Shown piece after piece: positions 36,101 through 47,243 of a stretch of DNA of 64,000 nucleotides (positions are counted from its first letter, which is position 1; each line of letters opens with the position of its first letter). The DNA is taken from the NCBI GenBank assembly GCA_004431415.1, contig QPMI01000202.1, forward strand, positions 61,757 to 125,756, written 5' to 3'. Below the pieces are notes generated by a model that was given only the letters and a program-made list of their open reading frames with translations, was not told where the DNA came from and searched no databases. Made by a program: the position numbers and the translations under genes. Source of the DNA: Cyanophora paradoxa CCMP329 (taxonomy: Eukaryota; Plantae; Glaucophyta).

Positions 36101-38983
36101 CCGGAGGCCTCGCACCTCGCCGTCCGCCCCGACCCGCCCCCCCCGCCGCCCCACTGCCGCCGGGCGCCCGAGCTGAGCGACCCCTCCTTAGCTCGCCGAG
36201 GAGATCGGCATCCTGCGCCGCTTCGACTTCAGCAGCAAGCTGCAGCGGATGAGCGGTGAGACGCTCACATTTCCCTCCACGAAGAAGCACCGAGTAACGC
36301 TTCGAAACAGTGCTGGTGCGCAACCTGGCGCGCCCCGGGACCCTGCAGGCGTTCGTGAAGGGCAGCCCGGAGGCCGTCCGCGCCCTCTCCCGCCCCGACT
36401 CGGTGCCCGCCCCGCCCCGCCTCGCCCTCGCCCCGCCCCGCCCGGCGCGACGTCTCCTTTCAGGTACCCCCCGACTTCGACGAGGTGCTGGCGGCGTACA
36501 CGCGCGAAGGGCTCCGCGTCCTCGCCTGCGGGGTCGGCCCCCGCCCCGGCTCTCCCCCGCCGGCGCCTGACCCGCCGCCGCGGGCGGCAGGTGCGGGAGC
36601 TGGAGGGCGTCTCGTGGCTGCACGCGCAGCGGATGCCCCGCGAGCGCATCGAGGCCGACCTCCGCTTCTGCGGCCTCCTCATCATGCAGGCGCGCCCCTG
36701 CCTCCCCCCCCCTCCCCCCCTCCCCTCTTAACGGGGGCCCCGCAGAACAAGCTGAAGGCGGACACGGCGGGGGTGCTGCGGCGGCTGCAGGGGGCGGGGG
36801 TGCGGAGCGTGATGGTGACGGGGGACCACGTCCTCACCGCCGTCTCCGTCGCCCGCAAGTGCGGCCTCGTCCCCGCCCCGCGCCCCGTCTTCATCGCCCA
36901 GGTCCCCTACACCCCCCCACCTCCCCCTCCCCATCCAACCTCGCGGCAGGCGCACGAGGCGGACGAGAAGGAGGTGCAGTGGCACGCCGTCGACGCCTAC
37001 GCCCCCGCCGCCCGGCGCCGCGACCCCGAGGTCCGCCCCCACGCTCTGCTGCGTGCGGCACCAGGCGCCGGCTCAGCTGCCGGCAGCACGAGGAGGCGGC
37101 CGAGGCGGAGCGGGTGCCGCTGGGGGCGGGCGGGGAGGCGGGGGCCCCCTTCCTCCTGCGCCCCGACGCCTACGAGGTCGCCGTCACCGGCGCCGCCTTC
37201 TCCCGCCTCCGCGCCCACCGGCCCCACCTCTACGACCGGGTTCCCCCCGCCCCCCGCCCCCCGCCCCCCCGTCTTGACAGCGTACGCCCGCCCAGCTGCT
37301 GGTGCGGGGCGCGGTCTTCGCGCGCATGTCCCCCGACGAGAAGCGGCTCCTGGTGGAGGACCTGGCCGCCCTCGGGTGCCCCGCGCCGGCGGCGAGGGGC
37401 GGGGGCCTGCTGGGGGCGCTGAGGGCGGGGCAGGTACGTGGTGGGGATGTGCGGGGACGGCGCGAACGACTGCGGGGCGCTCAAGGCGGCGAGCGTCGGC
37501 GTCTCCCTCTCCGAGGCCGAGGCCTCCATCGCCGCCCCCTTCACCTCCAAGGCCCCCGCCCCTCCTCCCCCGCCCCCGGCCCCCCCCGCCCCGCCCCTCA
37601 CCCCCGCCCAGGTCCCCTCCATCGCGTGCGTCGCGAAGCTCGTGCGCGAGGGCCGCGCCGCCCTCGTCACCTCCTTCCAGTGCTTCAAGTACATGGCACT
37701 CTACAGGCCAGCCCCCCGAGGCGTACCCCCCGTTCCCCTCTGAGGCGTGCCTGCTTTCTTTCCACAGCATGATCCAGTTCCTGTGCGTCATACGCCTCTA
37801 CGACGTGCGCCCGCCCCGCCTGTCCCCCAAGCTACTCGAGCGCTAGTTCCCCATCCGAACCTGGAGCTTGCAGATCAACTCGAACCTTGGCGACTGGCAA
37901 TACCTGTTTGTCGACCTTTTCCTGATCGTGCCGCTCGCCGTCCTCAGTGCGCCTGCTGCTGCCTCGCACGCCACCTGCCCCGCCGCCGCAATCGAACCGG
38001 TGTGCAGTGTCGCGGACGACGGCGCACTCGGAGCTGGTGGGCTACCGCCCCCCCGGCTCCCTCATCTCCGCCCCCATCCTCGCCTCCTTCTTCTCCCAGA
38101 TCGCCGCGCAGGTAACCCCCGCCCGCGCTCCCCTCCTCCCGCCCCGCTCCCCTCCGCTCGATCCGCCTCCCCCGGCAGGCCGGCTTCATCGCCCTCGCCA
38201 ACGCGATGCTCGAGAAGGAGCCCTGGTACCCCGCCCCGCTCTTCTCGCCCCTGCTCCTCCCCTCACGCAGCCCCAGGTTCGTGCCGGTGCGGCCGGATCC
38301 CGACTCTGACAATGTGGAGTGCCTGGAGAACACGGTCACGTTCCTCGTCGGCAACTTTCAGGTCCCCGGCTCAGCTCCCCGCGGGGCTCTTTCGCCGCCT
38401 GATGCCCCCCCGCCCCCAGTACGTGATCGCCGCGTTCGCCTTCTCGAAGGGAAAACCCTTCCGCAAGCCCATCTACACGAACTGTGCGCCCCCCCTCCCT
38501 CCCTCCCTCCCTCCCCCCCCCCCCCCCCCCCTCCCCCCTCTCCATTTCGAACCGGGGGGCAGGGCCGTACCTGGGGACACTGATCGCGATGTGGGCGGGC
38601 CTCTCGTGGATGGTCCTCTCCCCTTCCCACTGGGTCGCCAAGACGCTCCAGGCGCCCCGCCCCGCCCCCTCGCGCGTCGGGCCTGCGGCTGACGCGGCGC
38701 TGGCGCGCAGCTCGTGCCGATGCCGGCGGAGTTCAGGCAGCGGCTGCTGCTGGTGGCGGGGGCGAACCTCCTCGCCTCCCTCCTCATCGAGGAGGTCTGC
38801 GGGCGCCTCGGGCCCCTCGCCAAGTGGTTCCGCCGCGCCGTCCTGCGCGCCCGCCGCCGCCCCTACCGCCAGCTCCTCCTCGCCATGGAGGCCGAGGCCG
38901 CCGCGCACGGCCGCCGGCGCCCCGCGGCCGGCGAGAAGGAGCCGCTGCTCGCGGGGGGTGGGGCCAAGACATACGGCCCCTGA
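33115..38983 (+). CDS. P5B-type ATPase (ATP13A2/YPK9-like polyamine transporter), about 36 exons
   Basis: [96 protein letters not shown]. Confidence 0.96.
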
Positions 38984-39563
38984 GCTCGAGGGAACGGCGC
39001 CCCTCTGTAGACCCCCCCCCCACCTTTCCCCCCCCCTCCCCCTCCCCCCCCGGCGCCCGCCCAGAGGCACCCACCCGCGGCCGTCGGCGGCCACGGACAG
39101 GCCGGCCGGGGCAGCGACCGCGCGATCGGTTTTCAAGCTATATATAGCAGCGCTGATGCACCCCACGGCCGGCCGGACGCATCGATTCATCAAGTTTGTG
39201 GTCGATCACACAGGTCAGGAGATTCGGGAGTCGGGACGAGGACGAGTCCCGGCCCCCGGGGGCCGGGGGCCTGGGGGCCGGGGCCTGGGCCCTGGGCAGT
39301 GGGCCCGGGCGGCCCGGGGCGGGTCGGCAATATCTATCATTCATATTTATGCTATCATCAATGATTCACGGGATTGCCACCGCGATTTGCCGGCGAATTT
39401 CTCACAATGCATATATGTACATGTGCAAAACATGTTCATTGTACATTAATCATGAACATGCATGCGCCGACATGCGGAGGTTACCGCCGTAACGGCGCCG
39501 TTGCGGAGCTAGGTTCTTTTCGGAGCCTCGGAGTATAACCCTAGGCTCGGAGGAGCCGACATC

Positions 39564-39590
39564 GAATTCGAATTCGAATTCGAATTCGAA
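39564..39590. repeat. (GAATTC)4 palindromic microsatellite
   Basis: gaattcgaattcgaattcgaattcgaa; a shorter array lies at about 51098-51112. Confidence 0.9.
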
Positions 39591-40311
39591 AAAAGTGGGG
39601 GGGTCGGCATTATGGGGTACGTAATTTGTGATGTCAATTTTGCGCGCGGGGCCTGAAGCGCGCGATCGCTGCGCCCGGCGGACGCGACCCGCCGACCCCA
39701 GCTCAGGAGTCAGGACCAGCTGCAGCTGTGCAGGAACCTGATCACAGTGATGCACTGCGGCAGGAACCTGAGGACTCGGGAAGAGTTAGAGCGACCAACC
39801 TATAGCTAGCGCCGCGGCGCTCGATATCGATCCCGCAGTTTCTCCGGTAGCTGGTGGGTGGTGAGACACATGCGCGCGTAGCTCACCAGCCACTGCTGCC
39901 GAGAAAGCCTCTGTATTTCGCTTAGACCTGCTGGATCCACGCTCGGAGCATTCGCCGGCGGCCGCGGGGTCAGCGCACCGGATATCGATCGCCGGCGATT
40001 CGCCGCTGGTCTTCGCTGTCGGGCCTCGCTCGCAGCTCGGTTCGAAAGCATTGCAGCATAACAGCAGCTGCAGCATCGTTCGCGGCGTTCGCCCCAATCT
40101 GGGGCGGCGGGGGCCGGCAGGGAGCGCCTTGGTGCAGCTCAAGCTTCCGAAGTTAGATGAGCGCCGACCCAGTTGCAGCTGCTTCGATCCTATAAGCGCA
40201 GAGCGATGCAGATTCCGATACATGGACAGAGCGGGCAGCTGCAGCTGCCGAACGGGCATCAGCCTAGCTGCACCGACCCGGCGAACCAATATCGCAGCTC
40301 TGCTCCTGGCC

Positions 40312-43300
40312 ATGGACCTGCAGCGGGGGATGAAATGCACCGTGCAAGTCCGCCCGAGCTGCCAGCCGGCGCCGCGTCGCAGATCGGGCAGCCCTCCTGG
40401 ATTTTGCTGGAGGTGAAGAAGGTGCCGCGAGCGGAGGCGCCCGCGATCTTGGTGCATACGCACGCGCGCCTTAAGCTTCTTAAAGAATTTGAGAATCTCT
40501 TCTGAAGCGCTCAAGCAGGATCAGGAGTGGGTTCAACCTCTTGCCTCGCCTCTGGCGATCGCATCCGCAACGGGCCCAGCACCCGCGGCCGTGTACAGCT
40601 TAACCTCCGGCAGGTGCGCCTTTCGGACGCTTCCACCTGCTTTCCTCGGCCGCCGCGCCAACTGCAAGCGGCGCCCCGCGCGCAGGCCGTACCGTCTGGC
40701 CGTTCACCGTGAGGACCCTGCGCGACACAAGTGGGCGGGGGTGAGGCTGCACGTCCGCCTACACTTCGCGGGTGATCACATGAGGGATGCCTTGCTCGTT
40801 CGCGTTCGGCGCGGCGCTGACGTGCCGCGGTGGACGGCCCGCTGCAGACGACGACTCGGTGGTCACCCCGGACGCCCTCGCCGCTTTCCCGCCCGGCTCC
40901 AGGAGCGCCCTGACCTCGTGGGAGGTCAGCCTGCGCATGAACCGCCTCGGTTTCACCGACGAAGTCTTCGGCATCGGTCCGCCCGCGAGCGCGCGCGCTG
41001 GTCCGCGGCACCCGCCCTCCCGACGCGCTGCCGCCGCCGCAGCTGCGAGTACCGAGGAGCGCGGCGGGCGGCTCTTCAGGTGCGATCCCCGCGCGCCACC
41101 GCGCTTTACGTCGGCGCGGCTGGGACTGACCGGGTAGCCCCGGTGGCGGCGGCGGGGCGCGCGGGGCGCAGTATTCGGGTCTTCCTGGCTGCGGACGGGG
41201 GCGAGGCCGGCTCGCTCTGCGTCCAGGTGGAGAAGGGCCAGGCCGCGCGGGGCCGCAAGGCGCGCAACCAGGCGAATGTTAAGCGGCCCCTCGCCGCTCC
41301 GGGCGCCGACTCCTCCCTCGGCGCCAGCCGCCGCCCCAGGCTCCAGCCAGAGCCCGTGCCCCATGCGCAGAGGCCGCGGCCGCCCCCCGCCGGCTCCGAG
41401 ACGCCGCCGGCCTTCGCACTGCGGGTGGACCTGCCCATTCCCACGGGCGACGTTGCCCACGCGATGGCGTTGCCGCCGGCCCCGCCGCTGCCGGCGCCGA
41501 ACGAGTGCACGCCGTCCCTGCCAAACGCGGAGGCGGGGCCAGCGCAGGCGGAGGGGGCGGCCTCGGCAGACGCGACGGTGGACGACCTCGTCTCTGCGTT
41601 CGGCGAACTCTGCCGCTTTGACCCCTCGCCGCCCCCCCGCCTCCCACCGACGCCCTCCCCTCCCCCGCCCCTCTCGAGACCGAGGTCCCCGCCACGCCCG
41701 CCGCCGGCACGCCCCCCGGCACGTCCACTAGCACGTGCGCCCAGCGCCACGCCGCTCCGCTGCCTCTGCTTTGCGTGATGCCGCCGCCAGGGCGCCGGAG
41801 AACGCAGCGGGCGCCACCTTCTCCGCCGCGAACGGTGCGTCTCCTGCCTCGCGCGCGCAAGGAGAAAGGAGGCGCCCGCCGCCGCCGCCGAGGCTCGCAG
41901 CAGCAGGCCCCTCGGCCGGCGCGGCGCCCCTCCGGCCCCTCGGCCTCGCCTTCGGCGTCCAGGTCCGGGCCGCCCGGCCCCGCCCCGCCCCGCCCCGCCG
42001 GCGCTGACGGGCCGCTGGCCTCGGGGAGAGCAGGCGTCCTACGCGCCAGGGGCGGAGGCGGAGCGGCGGGGCGCGTTGGAGCTCGTGGAGGCCGCCGCTG
42101 CCGCCGTGCACGCCGCCGCGCAGGCCGCCGGCGTCGGCCACTTCCTCGCCTTGCCACCCGCCCCGCCCCGCGCTGTCGTCGACGCCTGCGTCGACCTCGC
42201 AGCTGTGCGCCCGCCCCGCCCGCCCGCCCCACCCCCACCCGCCGCTCGCGCGAGCCAAGAGGGGACCTCGCAGGCGCTCTCCTCTCCCGCCTTCTTCGAA
42301 ACGCAGCTCTTCACGACGCGCGACGGTGCGCCCGGCCGGCCGGCCCGCCCGTCCGCCCGCCGTACCGGCCCCGCGCCCGCGCCGGCCGCCGACGCGCGGG
42401 GCCGGCGGGCAGGACGCTACCGCACGCGGCAGCTCATCGACGACCTCCGCTTGAGCGGCAGCTCGGAGCTGGTGCGCGGGGCCCCGGACGCCGGGGCCGC
42501 CGGACGGCCCCTGCGCGGACCGCGCGATCGCGCAGGTCGACGGGCTGCTCGCGAGCTGGCGCCAGACCCTACTCTCGGTCCCCGTCGAGTCGCTCGCCCT
42601 CGCGTGCGCCCTGCCTGCCGCCGCGCCCCCGCCGCGAGCGCACCGCTGGCCCCGCCCAGGCGCTGACCCCCCGACCGGCGCAGAAGCGACGCGGCGGCGC
42701 TTGCGCAGCACGTGTGGAACGCCATCGAGGTCATCGCCGGCCACGTGCGCGCGGCGCCGGCCCCCCGGCCGCACGCTCCCCTCGCCATCGCACGCGCACG
42801 CCTCGGGCAGAGCGCCGGGGCCGCTCGCAGCCGCACACGATGAAGACGGTCGACCTGGTGCCCGTGGACCGCGAGTTCATCTTCTCGCTTCTCGAGAAGG
42901 TCGACCAGGTGCCCGGTCCAGGGGCCCTCCCCGCCCGAGACCTCTCCCGCGAGCCGGGGCCGGCGGCGCGCAGGTCCTCGCCGGCCACCGCGGAGCGGAC
43001 CCCGTCCTCCACGTCGGGGCCCTCACGCGCCGCGCCTGGCTCATGTTCCAGGTGCGCGCCCTGCGCCCGTCCCGCCCCGCCCCGCCCCCTTTCGCCCATC
43101 CGCCTCTCCCTCCAACCAACGCGCCGCTCGGCCCCGCGGCAGTACGGGGACGTGGAGCAGGCCCTCGAGTGCTGTGCGCATGCGCCGGCGCGCGGGCAAC
43201 GCGCGCGCACCCGGCGGTGACGGGACGGGCGTGCCGGGGCGCAGACTTCACGGCGTGGAGCGAGGTGATCCGGTGCCGCCTGGCGCCCTCCCGCCTCGAG

Positions 43301-44767
43301 ATCCAGGTCCTATGTGAGCTCATCGAGATCCTCCGTGCGCCCCCCCCCTCCCCCTCCCCCGCGTACCCCCCCCTTGACCCTCTGCGGTGTTCTGCCCTCT
43401 GCCAGTGCTTGTGCCCTCCAAGTGGGAGCTGGCGGACCACCTCTGCAGCAAGGCGCGTCCGGGGGCGGGCGCAGAGGGGAGCGGGAGGGGGCGCGCGGCG
43501 CGAGCCGATGCGGGCGCGCAGGTGTACTGGTTCGCGACGGGGGACGTGGAGGACAAGTACCTGGAGGCCTACGCCTCCCGCACCATGGGTGCGGCCCCCG
43601 AACCCGCCCGCCCGCCCGGCCCGCGCCGCCCGACGCGGGGCGGCAGGTATGGTGGCGATGGCGTTCGGGCGGTGGAAGGCGGCGAAGCACCACCTCGGGC
43701 GCTCCGCCGAGCTCGTCGAGCTCCTCCCCGTCGGCTACCGGTCCGCCCTCCCCCCGCCCCCGCGCCCGTCGCGCCGTTCGGAGCGACCACGCGTCGTTTC
43801 CGCGCTGACGCGGGGGCCCGCGCAGGCTGTACGCGGAGCGGTTGTACAAAAACCTGGGCCACCTGGCCTACCACACCGGCGACTTCATCGGCTGCCTGCG
43901 TGTGCGCCCCGCTCCGCTTCCCGCCCCGCCCGCCCGCCTCTCGCCCCTCGCCCCTCGCCGAGGGCGGGGCGGGGCGCGCGGTAGTACGCGTGGAAAACGG
44001 TGGACGCGCTCTCGCGCTACGCAGGCATCTCCTGGAACGAGGCCGACCCGGTGCGCCCCCCCGCCGCCCCCTTTTCCCCTCCCGCCCTTCCCGGGCGGCG
44101 AGCCACGAACTCGCCTCTGAGGCGGGGGAGGGCGGGCGGGCGGCAGTTCTCGTACAGCCTGCGGGCGGCGAAGGCGATCTGCGACTCGGACCTCCGCCCC
44201 GGGCGCATGAAGCGCAGCTACACCATGCGCGCCCGCCCGCCCGCTCGCCGCTGCATGCGCGGCCGGCCAGGCAGGCGCTCGCTGCTCGCTGACGGGGGCG
44301 GCGGGGCGGGGCGCAGGGCGGACTTCACGAACTCGAGATCGACCCTCCCAGCCGCCATCTCTTCCCCTCCTGGGCCGTCCCTGCGGCAGCCAGGTAGGGC
44401 CCGCGCGGACGTCTTTTCTGCAAGCGCGCTTCCTCCATCATCGGCGCTTTCTTTTCGTGACAAGCTTCCTACGTTGCATTATCAGCGTACCCAGCCGCTG
44501 AGTGTGTTAGCGGCCCCCCCCCCGCGTTCATCTATAAACACCCACCCGCTGAGTGTTTTAGCGGCTGCCTTTTCAATGTTAGCGCCTGCGATGTACATGT
44601 CTTTCTCAGGTTCTTCCAGGTATACGTATACACGCCCTTTTTTTCTGTTGTCGGTAACGATCAGCGTCCTGTTTCAATGCACGAGCGACGAGAGGCGGGC
44701 CCCTCGCCCTCGGTCGGCACCATGTAGAATTTCGATGCCTTTTCAGAATCACAGATCGATTGCGTAA
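40312..44767 (+). CDS. Hypothetical multi-exon protein, possibly with a helical-repeat (TPR-like) C-terminal half
   Basis: Many short GC3-biased exons bounded by GY..CAG introns (e.g. LYKNLGHLAYHTGDFIGCL, AFGRWKAAKHHLGRSAEL). Both ends are uncertain. Confidence 0.5.
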
Positions 44768-44881
44768 GCTTGACTAAAACGTGATTATCTACAGATAACT
44801 ATCGCAGAGGAAGAACACACACTACAGCTGACTATATCAGGCCCCACGGGGAGCGGAGGGACTGAAGAGGCCCTCGGAGGG

Positions 44882-46144
44882 CTAGGGGCTCGGGGGGGCG
44901 TCCCCCGCCATGCGGACGGCCCCCGCGCCGGCGCCGGCGCCGGCTCCAAGGGTGGTATCCGAGGTGGGCCCGGCGCCGAGCCCGGCGCCGGCGCCGGCGT
45001 CGTGGGCGGCGGCGGCGCGGATGGCGATGGTCGTCCCCCCGGCTCCCGAGGCGCGGCGGCGCTGGTGCAGGCCCGCCTGCGCACTGCTCTCAAAGTCCCC
45101 CCCAACGGCCACCGCGCCGACGCCGGCGCCGCCCCTGCTCATGTCCTCCGGGCTCGTTCGCTGGTGCGCGCCTGCAGTCGACTGCTGCTGCTGCTGCTGC
45201 GCCCCGCGCGGGGCCGGGTTGACCTTGCCGACGAAGATGCCTGTGGCGGGGCGGCCTCAGCGTCGGGGCGACCGCGGGGCAGCGCACAAGGGGCGGGCGG
45301 ACCGTTGCCGGAGTAGAGCCAGGTGTCGGCGGAGCAGCAGGTCACGAAGGAGAGGGCGAACATGCACGCGACGAACTGGGCGAATGTCGCGATGAGCGCG
45401 AAGATCATGTACGCCACCGCCTTCAGCGCCGCGCTCCCCTCGCCCACCCAGCAGCCCGGCGTCCCGTCCAGCGTGACCCTCGAGCTGCCCGCTGGGCACG
45501 GCGGCGGGCCGCCCGGGGTTGTGCCGGTCCCGGGAGCGGCCGTCGCGCCGGCCATCGGCACTTGCGCGACGTTGCGGTTCCAGTGGAGGAACGTTGCGCC
45601 GAGGAAGACTGCCTGGAGGATCGTCATGCACATGGCGCCGAGATGCGTGAACTTCGTGTCCTTCAGCACGCGGAAGAAGACAAGGAAAGCGTAGACGATG
45701 AACGAGAAGATGATAATTATGGAGACGATGTTGAGCCCAAAGGCCTCAAGGGAGCCTTTCTGCTGCTGCGGCAGCTGCTCCTTGACCTCCGTGAACTTGA
45801 CAGTGCTACGCCGGATCATGATGCTGTCCACGCCGCCGCTGAGCGATATGGGGAACTTGACTGTCGCATCGATCTCCAGCAGGCCTACGTCCAGGGTCAC
45901 CGCGGTCGGTAATTGACCTCCTAGCGTCCAGGTCCCCCTAACCTGTGCCCTGCTCGCGCGGGTGAGAAGGAGTCGCAGAGCAACGCCATGATGCACTGAT
46001 TGGAGCATAGCCTGTCTCTCGAGCGGCCGCTACGCACCAGCGGGAGGTTGTTGTGAGGCCGGCAAGGATAATGATCCCGGAGCTGACAAGAATGTAGGGC
46101 ACTGCGACCCAGTTGAGGTGCGTGATTGCTTTGGGCTTCGCCAT
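44882..46144 (-). CDS. Four-TM membrane protein with claudin/amastin-like topology
   Basis: Four hydrophobic segments; TM1 is followed by W and a beta-rich loop; low-complexity cytoplasmic tail. Confidence 0.6.
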
Positions 46145-46384
46145 TTCGCCCAGCTGCAGTGCCCGAGCGTGGCCGCTTCAGGCCACGGACGCGTGTACCC
46201 CCCGAAGATCAACTTAGCCGCATGCGCAGTACTAGTTAACGTATGCGCATTGCGCATAAGCGCATGATGCGCATGCGCTACCGCGCTATATAGAAGCGCT
46301 AGCCGCTTGCCTGCATGCAGCCTGATGCAGGCCGCAGCTGGAAGCAGCAATTGCAAAGAGATCAAATTCGGGGGCCGGGGGCGC

Positions 46385-46437
46385 AAAAAAAGTTCGATAC
46401 CATCTCGATTTGTGCGTGTCATCCTTGCGCAGGGGCC

Positions 46438-46468
<31 letters not shown>

Positions 46469-46493
46469 TTGTGGTGTTCTCCGAAGAGAAACC
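46385..46493 (-). ncRNA. U6: U6 spliceosomal snRNA, copy 2
   Basis: Reverse complement is identical to copy 1, with a T7 terminator. Confidence 0.99.
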
Positions 46494-46513
46494 GCTCATG
46501 ATGCAAATGGCAG

Positions 46514-46558
46514 TTATTTGAACCCGGACCCGACCGGCTGGGGGAGAAAAGGTGGGAC
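46514..46558 (-). promoter_or_regulatory. USE-like and TATA-like promoter of U6 copy 2
   Basis: ggtgggac at 46551-46558 and ttatttgaa at 46514-46522, same spacing as copy 1. Confidence 0.7.
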
Positions 46559-46729
46559 CCGCGCCGAAACCGCAAATGGGATCCCGCCCCCGCCGGGACC
46601 CGAAGCGGGGCGCAGTTGCACGGCACGCGCGGCGCAGTCGCAGGGCGCCTCCGCGAGCGTCTCCCACAAGGCCCCGATCGCTGCCGATACGGTTAGCGCT
46701 CCGGCGGAAAGGCAGCGCGAACCCGCGCG

Positions 46730-47095
46730 ATGCTCGCCGCGTCGCTGGCGGCGGGGCGCCGCGGGGCGGGCGTGCCGGCGCGGCTGAGGCTAGTTAAGCG
46801 GTGGTCGACGTCTGAGGACCGCAGCGTCGCCCCGGGCGCGCCGCTCCGCGCGGATCGCGAAGGAGCTCCCGCCATCGACGCGGAGGCGCTCTCTGCTCTC
46901 TGGGAGCGTCGTCTCGCGGACTGCGGTGCGTCCTCTCTGACCGTGAAGGCCGCACCGCACCGATCCGGAATCCGCCCGCAGCGAACGAGGCGCGCGCCGG
47001 CCGCGGACGTCGACCGCCATTGGGCCATATGCATGGCAATGCGCATGCCGCGGACGTGGAGCTTTTGCATGCATTGAGCAACTTGCTTTTGCTTT
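46730..47095 (+). pseudogene. Inverted partial copy of the Twinkle 5' end: exon 1, intron 1 and a decayed exon 2
   Basis: MLAASLAAGRRG...SALWERRLADC is nearly identical to the original. Homology decays after 46993, with a last trace tgagcaacttgcttttgc at about 47075-47092. Confidence 0.85.
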
Positions 47096-47243
47096 GAGCG
47101 CACGCTCGCGCCCGCGCCCGAGCTGCGCGCGCCGGCTAGCGCTAGCGCGCGCGCGTGTACGTAGACGTATTATCGACATTTATCGGGGCGATCCGCGAGC
47201 AAGAGCGACGTGCTCGAGCTAGGCCTGGGTCTAGGCGCCACGC

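Noticed and set aside
39200-39756. Possible terminal inverted repeats of a MITE (gtcgatcacacaggtcagg versus cctgatcacagtgatgcac)
   Set aside because: The match is weak, there is no target-site duplication and no second copy in the window.
44495-44564. Twin hairpins as a CRISPR array or iron-responsive elements
   Set aside because: Only two short units, eukaryotic context and no cas genes. The loop lacks the CAGUGN plus bulged-C pattern of an IRE.
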